From NCBI RefSeq assembly GCF_028641065.1, contig NC_073413.1, positions 5,456,001-5,520,000 on the forward strand: a DNA stretch of 64,000 nucleotides, given 5' to 3'. Origin of the DNA: Leucoraja erinacea. Taxonomy: Eukaryota. Position numbers and translations under genes: made by a program. Shown here in pieces: positions 26,770 through 39,583 of the stretch. The notes below the pieces were generated by a model that saw nothing but the letters and a program-made list of their open reading frames with translations, had not been told where the DNA came from and made no database searches. How positions within the stretch are numbered: position 1 is the first letter of the stretch; the number at the start of each line of letters is the position of its first letter.

Positions 26770-27480
26770 TGAATGAAGGAGGAAGGGAGAGGGAACTCAG
26801 AGTGGGGGAGAGAAGGGGGAGATCGAGGGAGAAGGAGGGGAGAGTAAGGGAGAGAACCGAGTGAGGGAAGGAGAGAAGGAATGAGGAGAGGGAGAGAGAT
26901 TGAGATGGGAGAATGAATGGGGAGAGAGGGGGGAGGGATGGAGAGAGATGGGAGGGAAGGGAGAGAGAGGGAAGGAAAGGGGAGGGGGGGGGAGAGGGGA
27001 TGCAGAAGGAATTGGGAGGGAGAGAGAGAATGGGAAAATAAGAGAATGAAAACGAGGGACGATGGAGCAAGAAAGGCAGAAGGGAAGAAGGGAAAAGGAG
27101 AGGAAAAAACAGAATGAGAGGGAGCGATGAGGGAAGGGGAGAGGGGGGGAGTTTAGAGGGGAAGATGGTGATAGGAGAGAGAAAGAGGAATAAAAGGAAA
27201 GCGTTTGAACTTTGAAGAGCAGCCTGAGAGAGAGAGAGAGAAGAGGGGAGAGAGAGATAGAGAGAGGAGAAAGGAAGTAATAGTGGGTGGGAAAGTGAAG
27301 GAGAGAGCGGGGAGAGAGAGGGGAGGGAGAGAATGCAGAGGGAGCATTTGAAGAGCAGAGAGAGGGAGAGAGAAGAGGAGAGAGAAAGGAAGAGTGGGTG
27401 GGAAAGTGAAGGAGAGAGGGGAGGGGGAAGGCAGGAAGATGGACAGGCGAGACAGAGAGAGAGAGAGAGAGAGAGAGGCA
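26770..27480. repeat. GA-rich low-complexity tract
   Basis: Purine-rich sequence, visible directly. Confidence 0.9.
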
Positions 27481-30400
27481 GATCACAGGACAGAGGCACA
27501 TTCCCTGCCCAGCCAGCGAGACTCTCCACTCAGCGCCAGCGAGCCAGAGAGAGAAACCGCTCCTTCTTCTTCTTTCGTGTAGCGTGCACAGCCTAAAGTT
27601 GTTGGACAACTTGTTCTATTTGATCTTCCGTTTGTGCACCTCGAGTTGATTGCATTCGTCGAAACAGGGCGGACCACGTGAAGGTTGCAATCTTCTACCC
27701 CAAGAGAAACCGCTGAGTTGAAGGCAGGACGTTTACCCACCGAGCTGTAGCGGGAACAAACAAAAAATGAAATAATAATCCCACGGAACTGAAGTTAAGT
27801 TGTCCAACACACAAGTCCCACTGGTGTCCGTTTACTTCGGAAGAAAGCAATGCTGTTCTACTTTGGATCAAACGAGGACGAGGGCTGGAATTGACCTGGA
27901 GGCTGGATGGACTGCTGGAGTACAGGGAGACCAAGAGAAGCTGCCTCACATGATCAGTGTAAGGTCTAATCAATATTTTCTACGTGACATCAATGTGCTT
28001 GCTTGCAGACATTCCTGTTTTATTTCCCCCTTGCAGATATTCCGCTTCAGTTAAGTTTATTGTCACGTGTACCGAGGTACAGTGAAAAGCTTTTGTTGCG
28101 TGCTAACCAGTCAGCGGAAAGACAATACATGATTACAATCGAGCCATTTACAGTGTACAGATGCATGATAAGGTCATGTGTTGGAAGGAACAGTAGACGC
28201 TGGTTCAAACTGAAGATAGACACAAAAAGCTGGAGTTACTCAGCGGGTCGGGCAGACACAAAAGGCACAGTCTACTCTGCCGTTCAATCGCGGCTGATCT
28301 ATCATTCCCTCCTAACCCCACTCTCCTGCCTTCTCCCCATAGCCCCGTGATATGTCGAGACCCTTCTTCAGACTGAGAGTCACCTGGCTGTTCTCTCCAG
28401 AGATGCTGTCTGAGCCGCTGAGTTGCTCCAGCTTTGTGTCTGCCATGATAAGGGAATAACGTTTAGTGCAAGGTAAAGCCAGCAAAGTCTGATCAACGGT
28501 CTGAGGGTCGCCAATTAGGTAGATGGTAGTTCAGGACTCCTTGCCACTCCCTTGCGACCTACAGCTCCCCTCAGTCACTGCGAGCATTCCTCATGTTTAC
28601 CCGTCTCTGCTGCTGTGACCCTAACTGGACAATATGACTGGATGAGGCAGCACCCAAGGCTTTACCATGACTATCTCGAAGCACAGGAGGATGAGGGGTG
28701 ATCTTATAGAGTCTATACGATCATGAGAAGAATAGATCGGGTAGATGCACAGAGTCCCTTGCCCAGAGTGGGCCAATCGAGTAACCAGAGGACATTAGTT
28801 TAAAGTAATGGGAGGAGAAAGATTTTATAAGAATCTGAGGGGTAACTTTTTCACACAAAGGGTGGTGGGTGTATGGAACGAGCTGCCAGAGGAGGTAGTT
28901 GAGGCTGTGATTATCACAGGGGCCACAGTTTAAGAATAAGGTGTAAGCCATTTAGAACGGAGACGAGGAAACACTTTTTCTCACAAAGAGTTGCGAGTCT
29001 GTGGAATTCTCTGCCTCAGAGGGCGGTGGAGGCCGGTTCTCTGGATACTTACAAGAGAGAGCTAGATAGGACTCTTAAAGATAGCGGAGTCAGGGGATTT
29101 TGGGGAGAAGGCAGGAATGGGGTACTGATTGGGGATGATCACATTGAATGGCGGTGCTGGCTTGAAGGGCCGAATGCCCTACTCCTGCACCTATTATCTA
29201 TTGTCTGAAGAAGGGTTTCGGCCCGAAACGTTGCCTATTTCCTTCGCTCCATAGATGCTGCCGCACCCGCTGAGTTTCTCCTACCTTCAATACTCCAACA
29301 TCTGCAGTTCCTTCTTGAATATCTAGTCTATTGGCAATGATTAAGAAGCAATCAGACAGGTACATGGACAGTGCTTCGGAAGGAACTACAGATGCCGGTT
29401 TAAACCGAAGATAGACACAAAATGCTGGAGTAGCTATGCGGGACAGACTGAGAGAACTCAGCTGGAGAGAAGGAATGGTTGATGGGGAAATGGAAATGAG
29501 ACTGTGATGTAGAGACACAGAACAAATAAAAGAAAAATATATTAAAAAGTTACAATGAGAAAGGAAACAGGTCATTGTCAGCTGTTTGCTAGGTGTGAAC
29601 GAGAACCTGGTGCAATTTGGGTGGGGGAGGGATGGAGAGAGAGTGTAGGGGTTAATTGAAGTGAGAGAAATCAATATTCATACCACTGGGTTGTAAAGCT
29701 GCTCAAGCGAAATATGAGATGCTGTTCCTCCAATTAGTGATTAGCCTCACTGACAATGGAACAGGCCTAGGACAGAAAAGTCAGTGTGGGAATGGGAATG
29801 AAACTCTTTGGCAACTGGGAGATCAGGTTGGTTCAGGCAGACTAGGGGCAATTTACAATTGTAGCAAAGCCATTGAACCTCCAAACCTGTCCGTCTTTGG
29901 AGTGTGTGTGTCAGGTCTCGGGTTTGATCTAGTTTCTGTTTCTTATTGTTTTTTAGTATTAGAGTGTGCATTCTTGTTTTATTTTGGTGTCTCGCATCTC
30001 CTCATGTTTCAGGTCCCATTTCCTATCTCCTCCTTTACCCTCATGTCTTGTTGGCCCCCCCCCGATGTGTTTCAGTCTGAAGAAGGGTTTTCGGCCTGCT
30101 AGTCTGTATTTATCTCCTTTGTGTTTTAGTACTCATGCTGCCCCCGTCGTGTCTGCAGCTTTTTGGTATAACCACTGGGTTCCAGCTGCTCAAGCGAAAT
30201 ATTGTGTTCTCCCATTAGCCTTAGCCTCACTGACAATGGAAGCTTGCTAGGACTAGAAAGTAGTGTTGCCTCTGGGAATGCTTACCTTTGGTACCGATCT
30301 TGGTTCAGGCGGATTAGGGGCAATTTACAATTGTAGCCCTGTGTCTGAACCTGCATTTGTGTCCTCCTCCTTGTTCAGTTCTGATAGTGTGAAGAAACCG

Positions 30401-30663
30401 GAGCACCCGGAGAAAACCCAGGCGGTCACAGGGAGAGCGTACAAGCTCCTGACCACAGACAGCACCCGTAGTCAGGATCGAACCTGGGTCCCTGACGTAG
30501 TGAGGCAGCAACTCCACTGCTGCGCCACCGTGCCGTTTCTTGTTGAGGAAAATAACCAAGATTTTTTTCTTTTTCCAGATGCAACGGGCAGTGAACTTCT
30601 CTCCAGCTGAGTTCTCTCAGTCCTCTCTCAGCTTGGGAAGCCAAATGACAAATCAAGAGGAAG

Positions 30664-31734
30664 ATGGAAGACGTTGATGTTGGCCAAGTCTCGAAGAGGA
30701 ACTCGACCGCTAACACGTCCCTTCAAAATGAGGAGAACCCAAACCAGGTGCTGGTCACATCGCTGTTGGGGGCCACTCTGGGCACCATGTGCATCTTTGG
30801 TATCGTGGGCAACATCTACACTCTGGTGGTCACCGCCCGGTCGATGAGGTCTACCAGCTCCATGTGTGTCTACATCTCCAACCTGGCCCTGGCCGACCTG
30901 CTCTACCTGTGTACCATACCCTTCGTGGTCTGCACCTACTTTGCCAAGGACTGGTACTTCGAGGAGGTGGGCTGCAGGCTCCTCTTCAGCCTGGACCTGC
31001 TGACCATGCACGCCAGCATCTTCATCCTCACTGTGATGAGCGTGGAGCGGTACCGAGCCGTGGCCTCGCCCCTGGACCCCGGGCGTTCGAAAAGCTGCAG
31101 GAAGGCAGTCGCCGCCCTCGTTTGGCTACTGTCCTGCCTTCTCAGCTTGCCCATGATGATCACCATACATCTACGAGAAAGCCCGGACCCAGCCGGGATC
31201 CCGAAGAGGATCTGCTACACGTCTTGGAAACACGACTCCTACAAGGTCTACCTCACCATTTTATTCAACACCAGCATCTTGGCCCCAGGCCTGATCATCG
31301 GGTATCTGTACGCGCGGCTGGGGCGCGTCTACTGGTTCTCCGGGAGGTTGAATCTCGAGAGGAGGAACGTCAACTTGAAGCAGAAGGTCTTGTACATGAT
31401 CTTCAGCATCATCCTGGCTTACTGGGCCTGCTTTGTGCCGTTCTGGTCGTGGCAGTTGGCTAAGCTGTATCACCGGGGCCCGCTGGGATTGTCGCCGGCC
31501 GCCCACACCTACATCAACTTCTTTGTGACCTGCCTAACCTACAGCAACAGCTGCATCAATCCCTTCCTCTACACCCTGCTCTCCAAGAACTACAAGGAGT
31601 CGGCGGCCCGGCGCAGGAGGGGCTCGGCAGGGCGGGTCATCTTCCGCAGGGCCCCCCGAGGGGGTCCAGGGACCCAGCGCTCAGCTGCACCAAGGGGGGT
31701 CGCCCTCGAAGCAAGAGAGGACGGTGCTCCTTGA
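30664..31734 (+). CDS. UTS2R: Urotensin-II receptor family class A GPCR, 356 aa, single coding exon (subtype not assignable)
   Basis: Seven hydrophobic segments; NLALADLLY, LDLLTMHASIF..SVERY, YWACFVPFW and CLTYSNSCINPFLYTLL parallel recalled UTS2R motifs; N-glycosylation sequons NST/NTS; in-frame TGA at 30646; splice acceptor at 30561-30578. Confidence 0.9.
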   Translation: MEDVDVGQVSKRNSTANTSLQNEENPNQVLVTSLLGATLGTMCIFGIVGNIYTLVVTARSMRSTSSMCVYISNLALADLLYLCTIPFVVCTYFAKDWYFEEVGCRLLFSLDLLTMHASIFILTVMSVERYRAVASPLDPGRSKSCRKAVAALVWLLSCLLSLPMMITIHLRESPDPAGIPKRICYTSWKHDSYKVYLTILFNTSILAPGLIIGYLYARLGRVYWFSGRLNLERRNVNLKQKVLYMIFSIILAYWACFVPFWSWQLAKLYHRGPLGLSPAAHTYINFFVTCLTYSNSCINPFLYTLLSKNYKESAARRRRGSAGRVIFRRAPRGGPGTQRSAAPRGVALEAREDGAP

Positions 31735-33639
31735 TGGGGTCCGTCACCAACCTCAATGGTCCTTCAGTACTGGATTGGGAGAAGTCAGGAGAATGGGGTT
31801 GAGAGGGGAAGTTAATTCAGCCATGATTGAATGGCGGAGTAGACTCGATGGGCTGAATGGCCAAATTCTGCTCCTATGACATGAACTTATGAAAACTTGG
31901 TTAGAGCACCATGTTGCTACATATAATTTTGGTTCCCACCGTTATAAAAGGAGGTGCACAATTAGAGGGGGAGGGCAGTGGTCGGGTGCCTATTTGCATA
32001 CATTGGGTATACAAGCAAAGAATTTAATTGTGCCTTGTCACATGTGACAATAAAATATTCCATTCCACTCTATGCTGACCCCTCTTATTCTCCCCGCATT
32101 TTAAATCAATTTTCCTCACATTCCACCTCTCATCAGGATATCATGCATGCATCAAAGTGAATATTTTGACCCCAGAGTTTTGAAACTTTGGGCAGCTCGG
32201 TGGTACAGCGGTAGAGTTGCAGCCTCAAAGCGCCAGGGTCGCGGGTTCGATCCTGAACCTCGGCTGCTTGCCGTACGGATCTCCCCGTGACGTGCGTGGG
32301 TTTTCTCCGGGAGCCCCGGTTTCCTCCCTCACTCCAAAGCCGAGCAGGTTTGTAGGTTAATTGGCTTGGTGTAAATGTAAATTGGTCCCAGTGTGTGTAG
32401 GGTAGTGTCAGCGTGCGGGGATCACTGGTCAGTGCTGTGTTCGATAAATCACTGGATTCGTACAACAGAGTTTGATTCATTAGTATTTTATTACACTAAG
32501 GCACATAACTCATGTATCCCGAGTACACAGCAGAACATGCCACGGGATGTTTCTGTTCTCGATCTCCGCTGGACATTAAAGTTGCACATTAATAAATTCA
32601 ACTAATTAGAAAATGTGAGATCAAAAAAGTAAGCTCCATCTATTGTTCAATGCTCATATTACACCATGGGGAGCCTAATTCCGTGCTTAGGTCTACTTAA
32701 ACCATATATATTATACCATAGATATATATATATATGACGTGAATATGACTGGAGTTATATATAATTATATTATATAAAAATAATATAATGAATATAATTG
32801 TGAGTGTGTATTTTGAATGAGACTGCCACAGAGTTCCGGCCCCTGAACCTGCCTAATTAATGGATGAGGGTAGTTCCAGTGGGTTTCCCCCCCCCCCCCC
32901 CCCCCCCCCTTTTCTGAATCCCACTGACTGCCAGTGTGCAGAGTGGGGGGCATGGCCTTATTGGGACTGGGGCAGTGCCAGGCTGGGGGGGGGGGGCTAA
33001 GGCTTCTTCCACTGACAGGAAAATGCCTAATCCTAACTCGCACCCCCGTCCAGAGCTGCCCACGGCTGGAGCTGGAGCTGCTTTGGGACCTGCTGCAGGC
33101 TCCGTAAGTGTGGCCCCACAGCGCATCCACCTTGGCCAGCCTGCCCTTCTGGGTCATTGTGGTGATGATGGTGAGGAGCAGCACTGTCCTGCAGCCTCCT
33201 AACATCCAAGGTGACTTGGATAGGCTGGGTGAGTGGGCAAATGCATGGGCAGATGCAGTATAATGTGGATAAATGTGAGGTTATCCACTTTGGTGGCAAA
33301 AACAGGAAAGTAGATTTTTATCTGAATGGTGGCCGATTAGGAAAGGGGGAGATGCAACGAGACCTGGGTGTCATGGTCCACCAGTCATTGAAAGTAGGCA
33401 TGCAGGTGCAGCAGGCAGTGAAGAAGGCGAATGGTATGTTAGCATTCATAGCAAAAGGATTTGAGCAGTGATTGGCATTATCTTTAGTCTTTGGAAACCT
33501 TGTTATTGTTTTGAAGTAACTAGGTTGCAATACTTTTATCCCTTGTGTGTCAACACCGTTGTACCTTGGAAACATTGTTATTGTTTTGATGTCAACGTGC
33601 TTTGATTGGACAATTGCTGCTCGGAAATTTGGAGGTGTG

Positions 33640-33940
33640 TGTGGACTTCGTGTGTGTGTGTCCCTGTGTATGTCTCCCTGCTCCCTGTGTGTGTGTCCCT
33701 GTGTGTGTGTGTCCCTCTGTGTTTGTCTCCCTGTGTGTCCCTCTGTGTTTGTCTCCCTGTGTGCGTGTCCCTGTGTATGTCTCCGTGTGTGTGTGTGTCT
33801 CCCTATGTGTGTGTGTCCCTGTGTATGCGTCTCCCTGTGTGTGTGTGTCTCCCTATGTGTGTGTGTCCCTGTGTATGCGTCTCCCTGTGTGTGTGTCCCT
33901 GTGTGTGTGTGTCCCTGTGTATGTCTCCGTGTGTGTGTCC
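33640..33940. repeat. TG-rich minisatellite (gtgtgtgtccctgt)n
   Basis: Visible directly. Confidence 0.9.
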
Positions 33941-34052
33941 GGATTAGTCTGACAAATTTCTAAAACGCCGTGGATTCTCCCGAGCAACAGATCGCTGCGT
34001 TGTACGATAGAGTCCCAAATACAGACGAGAGAGCGGGCGGGGAAGAGGTTGT

Positions 34053-34088
34053 AGCTCTTTATAGTGGCTCTTAAAAGGGCCTTTGTTG
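34053..34088 (-). terminator. Histone-type 3' processing signal: stem-loop plus HDE-like motif
   Basis: Minus strand reads CAACAAA GGCCCT TTTA AGAGCC ACTAT AAAGAGCT; fits GGYYYU-UYUH-ARRRCC with one C.A mismatch; the HDE is closer to the stem than usual. Confidence 0.6.
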
Positions 34089-34669
34089 GACGGAGTGAAA
34101 TGGAGACAAGAATGGAGTCTTGAAGAGCCACGATCCATTCCCTCCACAGATGCTGCCTGACCCGCTCAGTTTCTCCAGCTGTTTTTTTTCCCGACCGAGG
34201 AGATTGAACCTCACCGAAGCGCAAGATCTCGGTCGCGGTCTCCCTCCCACGCCATCGTCTTCAAGGCTGATGGCAGAGTGGTCCAGTGGCGATGGGTCAC
34301 CTAGGGGCCAACCTGACCTGCAGGTGTTTGTGCGTAGCTGGACTTGCGGGGGCTGAGCGCCGGTGAGTGAGTGAGTGTAACCGCGAACACCATCAATGGA
34401 GCAGAATGACACAAGAAAGAGACCTCACACTCGCCCCTCAAGGGGACCCGACCCGTGGGTCAGCGGCCCATCAGAAGATATTTTATTCAACTGCGGGAGA
34501 GGGGCGATGTCTTTCACCTTGACCCTTGGTCGTGTCCGGAACGCAAATCCGGTCCGGCCGATGAAGCCTCGCTGACCAGTGGGTTGACCAGAGCGATGGA
34601 CTGTGCGCCGCTGTCCACTCGGGGCGGGTTCGCGCGTCGAGGTTCCTCTCCGGCCATTCACCCGCGGAC

Positions 34670-34860
34670 ACTGCAATCACTGGACTGCAGCGCCGCCTTT
34701 TATAGACCCCGCCCTGTCCCGCCCCCCCTCGCTGACCATTGGATCTCGCTCCGGCCACAGCGTTGGGCCATGGGTGGGCAGCCCCTCCGATTGGCGGAGG
34801 CCGCTGTCCGTCTGCGCGAAACCCGCCAAACTTCAGCGCCAGGGAAAGTTGGCGGGAAGC
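34670..34860 (-). promoter_or_regulatory. CpG-rich promoter pointing left: TATA, 2 GC boxes, 2 CCAAT, 3 E2F-like sites
   Basis: CTATAAAA (34698-34705, -), GC boxes 34707-34725, CCAAT at 34738-34742 and 34790-34794, TTTCGCGC (34814-34821, -), TTTGGCGGG (34822-34830, -), TTGGCGGGAA (34849-34858). Confidence 0.7.
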
Positions 34861-35040
34861 GATTGTCCGCTCGCTCCGGCCACGACCCCGGGGCACTGGC
34901 GCCAAGTCCGACACTGAGGGAGAGACTTGAGGATGATGTTAGGCTGTGGGCCAAGCATCAAAAATGTGTCTAGAATTTACCTTTCGTGACCCATGTCTGG
35001 GAACTACTTGAAACTTTGCACAGATTTAGATAAAATATAA

Positions 35041-35626
35041 TTGTACAGGGTCTTGGTGAGACCACACCTGGAGTATTGCGTACAGTTTTGGTCTCCAAAT
35101 CTGAGGAAGGACATTATTGCCATAGAGGGAGTGCAGAGACGGTTCACCAGACTGATTCCTGGGATGTCAGGACTGTCTTATGAAGAAAGACTGGATAGAC
35201 TTGGTTTATACTCTCTAGAATTTAGGAGATTGAGAGGGGATCTTATAGATACAAAATTCTTAAGGGGTTGGACAGCTAGATGCAGGAAGATTGTTCCCGA
35301 TGTTGGGGAAGTCCAGGACAAGGGGTCACAGCTTAAGGATAAGGGGGATATCCTTTAAAACCGAGATGAGAAGAACTTTTTTCACACAGAGAGTGGTGAA
35401 TCTCTGGAACTCTCTGCCACAGAGGGTAGTTGAGGCCAGTTAATTGGCTATATTTAAGAGGGAGTTAGATGTGGCCCTTGTGGCTAAGGGGATCAGGGGG
35501 TATGGAGAGAAGGCAGGTACGGGATACTGAGTTGGATGATCAGCCATGATCATATTGAATGGCGGTGCAGGCTCGAAGGGCCGAATGGCCTACTCCTGCA
35601 CCTAATTTCTATGTTTCTATGTTTCT
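35041..35626 (+). mobile_element. CR1-type LINE 3' fragment
   Basis: LVRPHLEYCVQFWSP motif; (ttctatgt)n tail. Confidence 0.88.
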
Positions 35627-35769
35627 AATTGCAGAGGAAGTCATAACTCGACAGTGCCAAAAGATGCACTTTAATTAGAAAATGGGATTGAAAAAGTAAC
35701 CGCCATCTAGTGTTCAATGCTCATATTACTCCATGGGGAGCCTAATTCCGTCTGTCTAAACTATATATT

Positions 35770-36728
35770 ATTATACATCAATGATTTGGATGAAGGGATT
35801 CAAAGTAACATTAGCAAATTTGCAGATGACACAAAGCTGGGTGGCAGTGTGAACTGTGAGGAGGATGCTATGAGAATGCAGGGTGACTTGGACAGGTTGG
35901 GGGAGTGGGAAGATGCATGGCAGATGCAGTTTAATGCGGATAAATGTGAGGTTCTCCACTTTGGTAGAAAAACAGGAAGGCAGATTACTATCTAACTGGC
36001 GTCCAGTTGGGAAAAGGGGAAGTACAACAGGAGTTGGGGGTCCTTGTACATCAGTCTATGAAAGTAAGCATGCAGGTACAGCAGGCAGTGAAGAAAGCGA
36101 ATGACATGTTGGTCTTTATAACAAGTGGAATCAAATATAGGCGCAAAGAGGTCCTTCTGCAGTTGTATAGAGCCCTAGTGAGACTAGACCTGGAGTATTG
36201 TGTGCAGTTTTGGTCCCCTAATTTGAGGAAGGACATTCTTGCTATTCAGGGAGTGCAGCGTAGGTTTACAAGGTTAATTCCTGGGATGGCGGGACTGTCA
36301 TATGCTGAGAGAATGGAGCAGCTGGGCTTGTACACTCTGGAGTTTAGAAGGATGAGAGGAGATCTCATTGAAACATATAAGATTGTTAAGGGCTTGGACA
36401 CGCTAGAGGCAGGACACATGTTCCCAATGTTGGGGGAGTCCAGAACCAGGGGCCATAGTTTAAGAATGAGGAGTAAGCCATTTAGAACGGAGTGGAGGAA
36501 ACACTTTTTCTCACAGAGAGTGGTGAGTCTGTGGAATTCTCTGCCTCAGAGGGCGGTGGAGGCAGGTTCTCTGGATGCTTTCAAGGGAGAGCTAGATGGG
36601 GCTCTTAAAAAATAGCGGGGATATGGGGAGAAGGCAGGATGATCAGCTCTGATTGGGGATGATCACATTGAATGGCGGTGCTGGCTCGAAGGGCCGAATG
36701 GCCTACTCCTGCACCCTATTGTCTATTA
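35770..36728 (+). mobile_element. CR1-type LINE RT/3' fragment
   Basis: YINDL..KFADDTK..LEYCVQFWSP..RTRGHSL; frameshifted. Confidence 0.88.
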
Positions 36729-37407
36729 TATCATCTATGACTTTTGAATATGACTGTAATTATATATAATTATATATAGTTATAATTATATTATATAAAA
36801 ATAATATATTAATATAATTGTGTGTATTTTGAATGCGACTGCTGCAGAGGTCCAACTCCTGAACCAGCCTAATTAATGGGTGAGGGCAGTTCCTGTGGGT
36901 TCCCCCGTTTACTGAACCCCATTGACTGCCTGTGTGCAGAGTGGGGGTAACAGCCATAGTGGGACTGGGGCATGCCATGCTGGGGGAAGGCCTCTAGTTT
37001 TGGTCTCTAAATTGAGGAAGGACATTCTTATACTCCTATACTCGACGCCTCTTGTTATAAAGGCCAACATGCCATTCGCTTTCTTCACTGCCTGCTGTGG
37101 TCTACCCAACTATTCCTGTTGTGTTTTGTTCACCAACGCCACGCTTTCCCATGACATGATGCAGAAAACATCTCCCACTAGTCTGGAACACAGTATGTTT
37201 GAACCTTGTTTTCGAACGGTATGGAATGCAGTTGCTGCTAATTTCGCTGATAACTCCATTTTATATTTTGGCTGGAATTGCCTGTTTAACCCGTATACTA
37301 CACCCGGTGGGCCGAAGGGCCTGTTTCCGTGCTGTATCTCTAAACTAAACTGCAGGATTACACAACGTGTCATGTCACTCCACCAAATGGTTTATTCTGA
37401 AACTGTA

Positions 37408-37772
37408 CATAGAAACATAGAAATTAGGTGCAGGAGTAGGCCATTCGGCCCTTCGAGCCTGCACCGCCATTCAATATGATCATGGCTGATCATCCAACTC
37501 AGTATCCCGTACCTGCCTTCTCTCCATACCCTCTGATCCCCTTAGCCACAAGGGCCACATCTAACTCCCTCTTAAATATAGCCAATGAACTGGCCTCGAC
37601 TACCCTCTGCGGCAGAGAGTTCCAGAGATTCACCACTCTCTGTGTGAAAAAGGTTCTTCTCATCTCGGTTTTAAAGGATTTCCCCCTTATCCTTAAGCTG
37701 TGACCCCTTGTCCTGGACTTCCCCAACATCGGGAGCAATCTTCCTGCATCTAGCCTGTCCAACCCCTTAAGA
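37408..37772 (-). mobile_element. CR1-type LINE 3' fragment
   Basis: Near-identical reverse complement of 35280-35626. Confidence 0.88.
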
Positions 37773-39540
37773 ATACCCCATCATTTTGCACCATTACCCC
37801 TTTCCTTTTACTCCCTTCCCCCCTCACCTTTCCCTTAAGCCCACCCTTGCACCTTACCCTGTGGCAGCCTCTGCTGATAACAGTATCTCCCATCTACACC
37901 ACACGCTGCCTCGTCTAGGCCAGCAGCATAATCAAGGAACAGTCTCACCCCAGTTACTCTCTCTTCTCCCCTCTCCCATCAGGCAAAGTGTGAAAACGTA
38001 CACCTCTAGTGCTAGCGCAAGGGGATCATAGGTGGCCTTGGACGCTGTGGGCCGAAGGGCCTGTTTCCGCGCTGTATCTCCAAACTAAACTAAAGCTAAC
38101 GTCAGCGTTATTCAGAGGTGACAATGCCCTGAGCTCACAGCCAAGTGTGGAGAGAATAAGAATCTTCCAAGTAAATTCAAGATTCCTCCTTGTACCTTGA
38201 AATGTCGAGGGAGGAAGCACTTCACAGCAAAGCCAGTAGATTTATTGGATTTGCTGGTTAATTGCAATTTTCACACAAGTCCTAAAAGACGAGGGGTTCC
38301 TCAATGGGCAGCTTCTTGTGCAGCTTATCACGCTGTCGATAGTTATCAGCGTACAGATGATGTTTCCATTTACACCCTCATGCCAAAACCCTGGCCCTGT
38401 GGCAAAGATCCAACGGCTAGTGAAGACTCAGGGCATTACACTAACAAATACGTGATGTGACAAATACTCCATATTCAGAGTATTGTGAGCAGTTTTGGGC
38501 CCTGTATCTGAGGATGGCTCCACTGTGAAATCTCCTCAAGGCATGCCTACTCTGAAGACGTTCTCCTCATCTCTCCGATGAGAGTTCTGCAACACCCTCT
38601 CTCACTGTTCTTTATCTCTCGTTTCCCTCTCCCCTGACTCTCAGTCTGAAGACGGGTCTCGACCCGAAACGTCACCTATTCCTTTTCTCCAGAGATGCTG
38701 CCTGACCCGCTGAGTTACTCCAGCTTTTGGTGTCTATTGAAGGACTAGTTTAGTTTAGTTTGGAGATGTAGTTCGAAAACAGCTCTTTTGGCCCATCAAG
38801 TCCGTGCCGACCAGCGATCCACGCACACTTACACTATTCTGCACACACTAGGGACAATTTACAATTGTACCAAGCCAATTAATCTGCAAACTTGTACGTC
38901 TTTGGAGTGTGGGGGGAAACCGGAGTATCCGGAGTAAATAGTGGTGGAGTTGCTGCCTTACAGCGCCAGAGACCTGGGTTTGATCCTGACTATGGGTGCT
39001 TGTCTGTGCAGAGTTTGTACATTGTCCCCGTGACCTGCCTGGGTTTTCTTCGAGATCTTCGGTTTCCTCCCACACTCCAAAGACTTACAGGTTTGTTTGA
39101 AGATTAATCAGCTTGGTATAATTGTACATATGTGAGATTGTCCCTAGTGTGTAGAGGATAGAGTAAATGTGCGGGGATCGCAGGTTGGTGTAGACACTGT
39201 GGGCCAAAAGGCCTGTTTCCGCGCTGTATCTCTAAAGTCTAAAGTCTAATGTTGGAATGTACTCCCTCTTGTGGAATTTCAATGCTGGGTCAATGGTATT
39301 GGTACAGGTACTGGTTTATTTTGGCCACCTTACGATTGAAGGTTGAGGGATTTATGTTAAACAGAGGGCAAGGGATGCAGGTGATAGTGGGTATAGTGGA
39401 GATAAGTATTTTTGCCTTCCATCACAGCGCTGTGATGGATGTTTGTGTAAATTGTGTTGTGTCTCGGGTCTTTTGTTTTGTAATGTATGGCTGCAGAAAC
39501 GACATTTCGTTTGGACCTCAAGGGGTCCAAATGACAAATA

Positions 39541-39583
39541 AATTGTATTGTATTGTATTGTATTGTATTGTATTGTATTGTAT
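39541..39583. repeat. (ATTGT)n microsatellite
   Basis: Visible directly. Confidence 0.9.

Noticed and set aside
26672-27609. Long Ser/Leu/Pro-rich ORFs (also 49534-50082 and 33547-33963)
   Set aside because: Stop-free by low-complexity composition only.
32765-33205. Minus-strand ORF with a signal-peptide-like start
   Set aside because: The start overlaps an inverted CR1-like piece (gatgttaggaggctgcag), and the frame runs through a homopolymer into a repeat.
34080-34680. Telomerase RNA or an snRNA behind the TATA/CCAAT promoter
   Set aside because: No CTAACCCT template and no recognisable snRNA motifs were seen.
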